Assembly: GCA_964447495.1 (NCBI GenBank)
Contig: CAYUTF010000006.1
Span: 1,156-65,155 of the forward strand
DNA: 64,000 nt
Direction: 5' to 3'
Origin: an uncultured archaeon
Lineage (GTDB): Archaea; Asgardarchaeota; Lokiarchaeia; Sigyniarchaeales; SOKP01
The notes beneath the pieces are model-generated. The model saw only the letters and a program-made list of their open reading frames with translations. It was not told where the DNA came from and made no database searches. Positions 29,490 through 36,981 of this stretch are shown in pieces (the first letter of the stretch is position 1; the number at the start of each line of letters is the position of its first letter). A program made the translations under genes and the position numbers.

Positions 29490-29647
29490 TAGAGGGAAGC
29501 GTGAAAATAGCACGATCGTTTTCGTGTAAAAATATAATATCCCCTAATTTCCTAATTAAAAATGGTAAAAATACCTAAATTTTATCCCAAAATCTTAAAC
29601 CTGTACTTAGGTTTTTGATTTTCTCGCTTCCCTCTACTCTCTTTTTT
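29490..29647 (+). ncRNA. candidate structured ncRNA (alternatively a MITE) closed by a 19-bp terminal stem
   Basis: 29490-29508 (TAGAGGGAAGCGTGAAAAT) pairs with 29618-29636 (ATTTTCTCGCTTCCCTCTA) at 18 of 19 positions. Internal hairpins are cacga/tcgtg (29511-29526) and aaacct/aggttt (29597-29614). A T6 run lies at 29642-29647. The element sits between divergent genes and contains no ORF. Confidence 0.3.
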
Positions 29648-29852
29648 GAGAAAGTTTCATTAATTTTAATTCTTATAGCGTATTGACATTCTAAATTCCC
29701 TTCAATATCTATTAATGTTAAATGTTTTTATCAAAAATGTCAAATTCAAAAAATTAAATTCGACTTTTATTCAAAAAAATTTTAACAACTTCAATATTTA
29801 TAAAATTTAAAGTATAATCTAAAGTATTACATAAAAAATGGGGTAAATTTTA

Positions 29853-30488
29853 GTGGATTTTGAAAAATTAACAGAACTTATTATAGAATTAGAAGTAGAT
29901 GATATCGCGGATGCCGTTAAAGAAGCGTTAGAAGCAGATGGAAAAGATCCATTTGACATTTTAAATGCTTTAACGAAAGGGATGGATGAAGTTGGTAAAC
30001 GTTATGAAGAGAAGGAATACTACCTTACAGAGCTTGTTTTGGCCGGTGAAACCATGAAAGAAGCATTTAAGGTATTACAGCCAGCCTTAGCTGCTGTGGA
30101 TAAATCGCAAGACAAGACTAAAATTATTTTAGCGACAGTAAAGGGGGATAATCATGATATTGGCAAAAATATTCTCGCATCCTTGCTTTTGAGCTCAGGA
30201 TTTGAACTTATTGACCTTGGAATGGATGTTGGCGAAGACATAATTGTACAAAAGGTCAAAGAAACGGGAGCAACCATTATAGCTTTAAGCTCCTTACTTA
30301 CGATGACAGTGGAACAGATAAAGGTTGTGGATGAGGCATTAAGAGCGGCAGGTATTAGAGATAAAGTTAGTTTAATTGTTGGAGGCGCACCATTAAATAT
30401 GGAACTTGCAAAAAAACTAGGCGCTGATGACTTCGCTGAAGATGCCGTCGATGGTGTTAAGCATATTAAGAAATTAGCAGGAAAATAG
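29853..30488 (+). CDS. cobalamin-binding corrinoid protein (MtaC/MtbC/MttC-like)
   Basis: It has a B12-binding cap helix bundle plus a Rossmann domain with the DxHxxG motif (GDNHDIGKN) and SxL (SSLLT). Confidence 0.8.
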   Translation: MDFEKLTELIIELEVDDIADAVKEALEADGKDPFDILNALTKGMDEVGKRYEEKEYYLTELVLAGETMKEAFKVLQPALAAVDKSQDKTKIILATVKGDNHDIGKNILASLLLSSGFELIDLGMDVGEDIIVQKVKETGATIIALSSLLTMTVEQIKVVDEALRAAGIRDKVSLIVGGAPLNMELAKKLGADDFAEDAVDGVKHIKKLAGK

Positions 30489-30613
30489 ATACTTTTTTTA
30501 CATTTTTTTCTTTATAATACTTCTTCTTGGAATTAAATAGAAGAAAATCCTATGTGGTTTATAATTTATAAAACTGATTTAAAATACATTTAATTTTATA
30601 CGTTCATTAAAAG

Positions 30614-30643
30614 AGATTCTTCGTTAAATTATAAGAAGAATCT
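30614..30643. promoter_or_regulatory. perfect 9-bp inverted repeat AGATTCTTC-N12-GAAGAATCT upstream of the tusA-iscS-iscU genes
   Basis: The arms are 30614-30622 and 30635-30643, read directly from the sequence. It lies about 105 nt upstream of the likely TusA start. Confidence 0.35.
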
Positions 30644-30716
30644 TTAATTGTTTAAGGTGAATTATTAGTATTAGAACCAATTATTAAGAATTATTCACTC
30701 AAAATATTGTTCAATT

Positions 30717-31001
30717 TTGAATGAATGTGTTTACAAGGAGGTTTTTAATTTGGCTGATGAAAAAAAGAAGATAAAGTATGATGGGGAACTAGATACAAGA
30801 GGTTTATTTTGTCCAGAACCACTTTTTGAGGTGCGTAATTTTTCAGAATCGCTAGAAATCGGTCAATGCTTTAAAGTATTGGCAGATGATCCTGCCGCAG
30901 AAGAGGATTTAACTCGATGGGCAAAAAGGACTGATACAGAAATAGTAGAGTTCTTTAAAGATGGGGAAGATTTAGTGTTTTATTTTAAGAAAAAAAAGTA
31001 A
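30717..31001 (+). CDS. tusA: TusA/SirA-family sulfurtransferase
   Basis: GLFCPEPLFEV...VLADDPAAEEDLTRWAK matches the TusA CPxP signature. The likely true start is TTG 30750, 8 nt after AGGAGG (30736-30741). Confidence 0.8.
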   Translation: MNECVYKEVFNLADEKKKIKYDGELDTRGLFCPEPLFEVRNFSESLEIGQCFKVLADDPAAEEDLTRWAKRTDTEIVEFFKDGEDLVFYFKKKK

Positions 31002-31028
31002 AAATAGAGATAAAAAGAGGTAAATTGA

Positions 31029-32207
31029 ATGAGTTATTATTTAGACAATCAAGCGGCAAAACCCGTGGATGAACGGGTTATTGAAGAAATGATGCCCTAC
31101 TTCAGAGAGAAATTTGCTAATCCTGCTTCTCTTCATTGTGATGGTGACATTGCTACTGACGTTTTAGAGAAGTCTCGAAAGAAAGTTGCTGATTTTATTA
31201 ACGCACCAGATGCATCTGATATTATATTCACTTCAGGAGCCACAGAATCAAATAACTTAGCTTTAATTGGTGCAGCTTTAAAATATCAGAAAAAAGGGAA
31301 GCATATAATCATATCAGAAATCGAACATATATCTATTCACAATATTGCAAAATACCTAGAAAAACTAGGATTCAGAGTCAGTAGAGTTGCGGTTGATCAA
31401 TTTGGAATAATTAGATTAGATAAGTTAGAAAGGCTAATTTCAGACGATACCATTTTAGTTTCTATCACTACAGCAAGTAATGAGGTGGGGTCATTGCAGC
31501 CAACAGAGGAAATTAGTAAAATAACAAAAGAAAATAACGTTTTATTTCATACGGATGCGATTCCAAGTGAAAGTGTTATCCCTATAGATGTCCAAAAAAC
31601 ACCCATAGACTTAATTACACTCTCTTCAAATGATATTTATGGCCCTAGAGGAGTTGGCGCATTATATTTACGAAAAGGAGTAAGAGTAAATCCAATACTT
31701 ATTGGTGGTGGACAAGAAAAAGGATTACGATCTGGTTCTGAAAATATTCCAGGAATAGTTGGTTTTGCTAAGGCTGCAGAGATAACAAAACGTGAAATGG
31801 AAATGGAAGCAAAGAGATTAAAAGTAATGAGAGATAAATTAATTAGAAATGTCTTAGAGACAATTCCAAAATCACATTTAAATGGTCATCCTGAAAAAAG
31901 ACTTCCTAACAATGCTCATTTTAGATTTGATTACATTGAAGGAGAATCTTTAATTTTAGGATTAAAAGAACATAAAATAGCTGCTGCCACCGGTTCTGCT
32001 TGTAGTTCAAAAACGTTAGAAGCGTCTCATACACTAATTTCTATGGGTTTACTCCACGAAGAAGCTCATGGAAGTTTATTAGTCTCATTAGGTAGAACAA
32101 CAAAAGAATCTGATATCGATAAATTAATTGAAACTTTGCCTGGAGTTGTAAAAAGATTACGCATATTATCACCCCTAACGCCTCCTGAATTATTAAAAGA
32201 AGAATAA
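31029..32207 (+). CDS. iscS: cysteine desulfurase (IscS/NifS class)
   Basis: It has PLP-fold motifs (FTSGATESNN, HTDA, SSNDIYGPRGVGALY) and the active-site loop GSACSS. Confidence 0.9.
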   Translation: MSYYLDNQAAKPVDERVIEEMMPYFREKFANPASLHCDGDIATDVLEKSRKKVADFINAPDASDIIFTSGATESNNLALIGAALKYQKKGKHIIISEIEHISIHNIAKYLEKLGFRVSRVAVDQFGIIRLDKLERLISDDTILVSITTASNEVGSLQPTEEISKITKENNVLFHTDAIPSESVIPIDVQKTPIDLITLSSNDIYGPRGVGALYLRKGVRVNPILIGGGQEKGLRSGSENIPGIVGFAKAAEITKREMEMEAKRLKVMRDKLIRNVLETIPKSHLNGHPEKRLPNNAHFRFDYIEGESLILGLKEHKIAAATGSACSSKTLEASHTLISMGLLHEEAHGSLLVSLGRTTKESDIDKLIETLPGVVKRLRILSPLTPPELLKEE

Positions 32208-32226
32208 AATTAGGTGAGAAAAAAGA

Positions 32227-33024
32227 ATGAAATCTACGCAGTATTCTGAGAAAGTAATGGAACATTTTAGAAATCCTCGCAATGTAGGGGTTATAGAGAA
32301 CCCAGATGGTGTGGGACGTGTTGGGAACCCCGTGTGCGGGGATTTGATGGAAGTATTTATAAAAGTAAAGAAGGATGAGAAAGGTGAGGATGTTATTGAT
32401 GACATCAAATTCAGAACTTTTGGATGCGGCTCTGCTGTTGCCACATCTTCAATGGTAACAGAAATGGCTAAAGGTATGAAATTAGACGATGCTTATAAAA
32501 TAACTAGAACAGATATAGCTGACGAATTAGATGGTTTACCCCCGATTAAGATGCATTGCTCTAATTTAGGTGCAGACGCTCTGAAAGCAGCAATCGATAA
32601 TTATAGGCTGGGTACTAATTCTGATGTTGAAATCGCAGCTTCTTGTAGTGTACCTAACCTTAAAGTTATCCTTGGTTTAGAAGAATTTATTGGAAAAGGT
32701 GTCTATAAAAAGGTTCCAGAACTTTCAGAATTAAAAGATAAGAGAGTTTTAGTATTAGATTATGGAGACAGATCATTGGAACTTGCATTAGAGTTAACTA
32801 AATACACGGGACGAGTTATTGTACTTACTTCTGCTAAATCGATGCCTGGATCTCAAGAAGTAAAGATGAAACTAAAAGCTTCTGATGTAAAAGTGTTGTA
32901 TCAATCAGAACTTTTAGAAGTCCAAGGTACGAATGATGTAGAAAAAGTTGTTATTCTTGATCATGACGAGGAAGAGAAATACGATTTATATCTGGACTCT
33001 GTAATAATTTTGGATGAAGAGTAA
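32227..33024 (+). CDS. iscU: IscU/NifU-type Fe-S scaffold fused to a degenerate thioredoxin-reductase-like NADPH-domain
   Basis: The N-terminal ~130 aa carry all three IscU Cys motifs (GNPVCGD, FGCGSAVA, MHCSNLG). The C-terminal ~115 aa (GLEEFIGKGVYKKVPELSELKDKRVLVLDYGDRSLELALELTKYTGRVIVL...) align by eye to the TrxR NADPH domain. The CxxC motif is replaced by KKVP and GGGDSA by DYGDRS. Confidence 0.75.
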   Translation: MKSTQYSEKVMEHFRNPRNVGVIENPDGVGRVGNPVCGDLMEVFIKVKKDEKGEDVIDDIKFRTFGCGSAVATSSMVTEMAKGMKLDDAYKITRTDIADELDGLPPIKMHCSNLGADALKAAIDNYRLGTNSDVEIAASCSVPNLKVILGLEEFIGKGVYKKVPELSELKDKRVLVLDYGDRSLELALELTKYTGRVIVLTSAKSMPGSQEVKMKLKASDVKVLYQSELLEVQGTNDVEKVVILDHDEEEKYDLYLDSVIILDEE

Positions 33025-33285
33025 TATTCAAATACATTTTTTTTAACATATCCTTTTATTTTAGGTAATTCATAAAACAAGAAGTTTAACTAAAAATTAC
33101 TCCTCTTTATTATTTAATTTGTTAGTGTTATTTCTAAAAAATTACAATTTATCTAAATAAAAACAGTGTTTTTAGATTGTAAATTGAAAGAATTAAATAC
33201 TTAATCTTCCGCAAATAAGAATTTAATCCAAACAATATTTTATAATGATCTTTTTTATATTATTCTTTAAATTAAGATAATTAGA

Positions 33286-35685
33286 ATGAGAAAAGTTATT
33301 ATTGTCGGCGGAGTTGCTGGTGGAGCTTCAGCAGCAGCTCGTTTAAGAAGATTAAGGGAAGATAATGAGATTATAGTTCTTGAAAAGGGTTCATACGTGT
33401 CTTTTGCTAATTGTGGTTTACCATATTATGTAGGTAACGTCATTAAAGAACGAGGACAATTAGAATTGATGACCCCTAAAGATTTTTATGATCGTTTTAA
33501 CATTGACGTAAGAATAAAGCAGGAAGTAATATCCATTAATCGTGATGAAAAGACAATTACTATCAAAAATTTAGAAGATGACAAAGAATATAGGTTAGGG
33601 TATGATTATTTAATTCTTTCTCCAGGTGCAGCTCCTATAGTACCTCCTTTTAAGGGGTTAGAGGACGTACCAACTTTTACTCTTAGAACTATTCCCGATT
33701 CTGTGAAAATTAAAGAATTTGCTGAAAAAAATAAAGTAAAACATACAACGATAATCGGAGGTGGGTATATCGGATTAGAAATGGCAGAAAACCTAAAAAA
33801 AAAAGGAATTAGAGTGAAAATTGTTGAAATGCTTGATCAAGTCTTAGCCCCTTTAGATAAAGAGATTGCTCAATTTGTGCACCAGGAATTGATTTTAAAT
33901 GGAGTGTGCCTGCAATTAGGGGATGCTGTTGATTCGTTTCAGTGTGACGATCAAAAATGTAATTATGTGATTCCGAGAAGCGGGAAAAAAATTAAAACGG
34001 ATATGATTATTATGGCGATTGGTGTGAAACCAGAGAATAAATTAGCTGTAGACTCTGGATTAGAAATTGGACCAAAAGGCCATATTGTTGTTGATGATCA
34101 TATGAGAACATCTGATCCCTATATATATGCTGTAGGGGATGTTGTTCAAACTAAAAATTATCTAACAAATCAACCTACTGCCATTCCACTTGCAGGTCCA
34201 GCGAATAAGCAAGGTAGGATTGCCGCAGATAATATTGCTGGACGAGATTCAACATATAAAGGAGTATTAGGAGCATCCGTACTGAAAGTTTTTGATCTTA
34301 CAGTTGCGTTTGTTGGATTAAGCGAGAAGCAATTAAAAGGTTCGGATATTGCTTATGAAAAAATTTATATCCATCCAAATAACCATGCGGGTTATTATCC
34401 TGGTGCGATTCCAATCACATTGAAATTATTATTTGAAACTCCGAGCGGGAGAATTCTGGGAGCTCAGGCTATGGGTGGCCCTGGTACAGAAAAACGAATA
34501 GATGTATTATCGACCGCAATCAAGTTTAGGGGAACTGTATATGACTTAGAAGAATTAGAACTTACTTATGCTCCACCTTTTGGATCAGCAAAAGATCCAG
34601 TAAACATGGCGGGATTTGTCGCCGCAAATGTACTACGAGGGGATCATCCCATATGGCATTGGGAGGATTTGCCAGATATTCAACAAAATAATAGTCTCTT
34701 TTTAGATGTGAGGACACCTGAAGAATTTGCAGTTGGGAGCATAGAAAATGCCCTCAATATCAATGATTTAGATTTGCGAAATAAACTTAGTAAGATTCCG
34801 AAAAATAAAAATATCTATGTATTCTGTGAGGTAGGATTTAGAGGCTATTTAGCAACGAGATTATTGCTTCAAGAAGGATTCAAAAGTGTACGTAATCTGA
34901 CTGGGGGTTATAAGTTATTAAAAACCGCACAAGCAACAATCCAAGAACTAGCTGAAGCATGCGGACCACCGGAGGAAATTATTGAAGATATGATGGAGAA
35001 AAAAACTATTGAAACAGATGAATTCATTGAAGTTGATGCGTGTGGTATTTCCTGTCCTGGTCCTTTGAACGCTCTCATACAAGGACTTGAAAAGTTGCCT
35101 CCAGGTAAAAAATTAAAAATATATGCGTCTGACCCCGGATTTAAATCTAGTGTAGAAGCCTATGTGCAACTTAATGAAGGTGTAAATTTATTACACTTAG
35201 GAAAAGAAAAAGGTAAATTGCTGGCGATACTTGAGAAGGGAAGATTAACCAAAGATGAGGTCGAAGCGCCAGTTAAAACAAAAAAAAAGACAAGAAAAAC
35301 TTTAAGAGGACCAGACGCGCCTGCCTTATCAGAAATTAATGCCAAGGAACTATATGAAAGATTTGGTGGTGATGATTCACCGGCAGTAATAGTAGATGTT
35401 CGAATGCCCAATGAGTACCTGGAAACAGGCATTATTAGAGGTGCCAAACTAATCCCTCTAGGAGAGTTGATGAGTGATTTGGGAAAATTAGAAGCCTATA
35501 AAGATAAAGAGATCGTAGTTTTATGCGCTGTTGGGGGACGATCTTTTATGGCAGCCCAACTTTTGGTGAGAGCCGGGTTCAGTGATGTTAGGAATTTAGT
35601 AGGAGGGATTAGAGCATGGTTACGACTCGGATATCCCACAATCGATAGTGCTATAGATTCAGCCGTAAAATATCTTAGAACCTAA
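33286..35685 (+). CDS. CoA-disulfide/persulfide reductase (CoADR) fused to rhodanese, TusA-like and a second rhodanese domain
   Basis: The FAD motif is IIVGGVAGGASAA. The redox Cys lies in SFANCGLPYY (tgt 33412-33414). Rhodanese 1 has active-site FCEVGFRG (~34825). The TusA-like motif is DACGISCPGP (~35041-35064). Rhodanese 2 has LCAVGGRS (~35524). Confidence 0.8.
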   Translation: MRKVIIVGGVAGGASAAARLRRLREDNEIIVLEKGSYVSFANCGLPYYVGNVIKERGQLELMTPKDFYDRFNIDVRIKQEVISINRDEKTITIKNLEDDKEYRLGYDYLILSPGAAPIVPPFKGLEDVPTFTLRTIPDSVKIKEFAEKNKVKHTTIIGGGYIGLEMAENLKKKGIRVKIVEMLDQVLAPLDKEIAQFVHQELILNGVCLQLGDAVDSFQCDDQKCNYVIPRSGKKIKTDMIIMAIGVKPENKLAVDSGLEIGPKGHIVVDDHMRTSDPYIYAVGDVVQTKNYLTNQPTAIPLAGPANKQGRIAADNIAGRDSTYKGVLGASVLKVFDLTVAFVGLSEKQLKGSDIAYEKIYIHPNNHAGYYPGAIPITLKLLFETPSGRILGAQAMGGPGTEKRIDVLSTAIKFRGTVYDLEELELTYAPPFGSAKDPVNMAGFVAANVLRGDHPIWHWEDLPDIQQNNSLFLDVRTPEEFAVGSIENALNINDLDLRNKLSKIPKNKNIYVFCEVGFRGYLATRLLLQEGFKSVRNLTGGYKLLKTAQATIQELAEACGPPEEIIEDMMEKKTIETDEFIEVDACGISCPGPLNALIQGLEKLPPGKKLKIYASDPGFKSSVEAYVQLNEGVNLLHLGKEKGKLLAILEKGRLTKDEVEAPVKTKKKTRKTLRGPDAPALSEINAKELYERFGGDDSPAVIVDVRMPNEYLETGIIRGAKLIPLGELMSDLGKLEAYKDKEIVVLCAVGGRSFMAAQLLVRAGFSDVRNLVGGIRAWLRLGYPTIDSAIDSAVKYLRT

Positions 35686-35818
35686 TATTCTTTTTTTAAA
35701 TATATTGTTACATCTTTAAATTATAAGTGAAAGAGTTATTATTAAATGGGCAAATATAACTATTTAGATATAGTTATAATTCAATTAATCTAAAATAATT
35801 TTAAAATAAGGTGAAATT

Positions 35819-36403
35819 ATGAAAGAAACTCCAAAAAAACTCTTCGCCGCCTATGTCGGGGAGAGCCAAGCACGTAATCGGTATACTTTCTTCGCTAAAG
35901 TCGCAAAAAAGGATGGTTATGCTTTAATATCAAAGATTTTTGAAGAGACCGCTATGCAAGAGCTGCAACACGGTACTTGGTTTTATAAAATGTTACAAGA
36001 TTTTAAGAAGGAAGAAAAATTCGATGATTTTAAGGTTTGCGAAGAATATCCAACCACATACGGAAATACCATCGAAAATTTAAAATCAGCCGTAAAAGGT
36101 GAGAATATGGAATGGCAAACGCTCTATCCCGATTTAGCAAATACAGCTGAGAAAGAAGGTTATCCTGAGGTCGCAAAGAGAACCCGAGCAATTGCTCGAG
36201 CAGAACAGCATCATGCAGAACGCTACGGAAAATTGTTAAAGTTAATAGGTGACGATGCATTCTTTAAGCGTGGAAAAAAGGTCGTTTGGGTATGCTTAGA
36301 ATGTGGTTATGAAGTAGAAATGGATAAGCTTCCAGATGATTGGAAATGTCCTTCATGTGGCCATCCCAGAGCATATTTCATGAAGAAATGTGAAGAGTTC
36401 TAA
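35819..36403 (+). CDS. rbr: rubrerythrin
   Basis: It has diiron four-helix motifs (ExxH twice: MQELQH, AEQHH) plus a C-terminal rubredoxin-like CLEC...CPSC. GGTGA lies 4 nt upstream of the ATG. Confidence 0.9.
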   Translation: MKETPKKLFAAYVGESQARNRYTFFAKVAKKDGYALISKIFEETAMQELQHGTWFYKMLQDFKKEEKFDDFKVCEEYPTTYGNTIENLKSAVKGENMEWQTLYPDLANTAEKEGYPEVAKRTRAIARAEQHHAERYGKLLKLIGDDAFFKRGKKVVWVCLECGYEVEMDKLPDDWKCPSCGHPRAYFMKKCEEF

Positions 36404-36509
36404 ACGATTTAAGCAATATTATAAAATTTAAACAAAATAATTAAATAGGATAGAATCTATTTTTAGATGGAACTACAATCTATATTGTAGCGCAAAAAGA
36501 TGATTTGAT

Positions 36510-36905
36510 ATGAAACAAAAAGAAATTTACCATTGCGAAATTTGTGGAAAAGTTATAGAGATTCTTCACCCCGGCACTGCTCCAGAAACGATTTGCTGCG
36601 GAAAACCTATGAAATTAATGGAAGAGAAAACAGCGGACTGGAAAGGTGAGAAACATGTGCCAAAGATCACGGTGAACGGGAATAAGATTACCGTTGACAT
36701 AGGTATTAGCATGGGTACTCCTCATCCAATGACTTCTGAGCATTATATCATGTGGATTGAGATAATCTGTAAGGACGGATGCTATGAAAGAAGATTCTTG
36801 AAGCCTGGTATGGAACCTAAAGCAACCTTTACCGTTGCTAATCCAGAAGGTATGTGGGCTCGCGAATATTGTAATATCCACGGTTTATGGAAAGGAACAA
36901 AATAG
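36510..36905 (+). CDS. dfx: desulfoferrodoxin (2Fe superoxide reductase)
   Basis: The N-terminal desulforedoxin motif is CEIC...CC, and a neelaredoxin-type domain follows (EKHVPKI..., HPMTSEHYIMWIE, CNIHGLW). Confidence 0.9.
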   Translation: MKQKEIYHCEICGKVIEILHPGTAPETICCGKPMKLMEEKTADWKGEKHVPKITVNGNKITVDIGISMGTPHPMTSEHYIMWIEIICKDGCYERRFLKPGMEPKATFTVANPEGMWAREYCNIHGLWKGTK

Positions 36906-36917
36906 ATCAAGTTTTAA

Positions 36918-36928
36918 TTTTTTTTTTT
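36918..36928 (+). terminator. T11 tract downstream of dfx
   Basis: Eleven consecutive T residues lie 13 nt after the stop codon. Confidence 0.45.
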
Positions 36929-36981
36929 ATTTTCTTATTTATTATAGTTTTTAAGTTATTAACATAGGTTTAATCAGAAAG

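Noticed and set aside
29490-29647. Interpretations of the 19-bp-stem element as an H/ACA guide RNA or a cobalamin riboswitch for the downstream corrinoid gene.
   Set aside because: No ACA/ANA box follows the stem at the proper distance, and no K-turn GA pairs are evident. No B12-box-like sequence is present, the element ends with its own T-run about 200 nt before the corrinoid gene, and riboswitches of this class are not established in archaea.
29480-29650. Target-site duplication flanking the inverted repeats, which would prove a MITE.
   Set aside because: The bases flanking the arms (…GTGAT | CTCTC…) are not duplicated, so a MITE remains only an alternative hypothesis.
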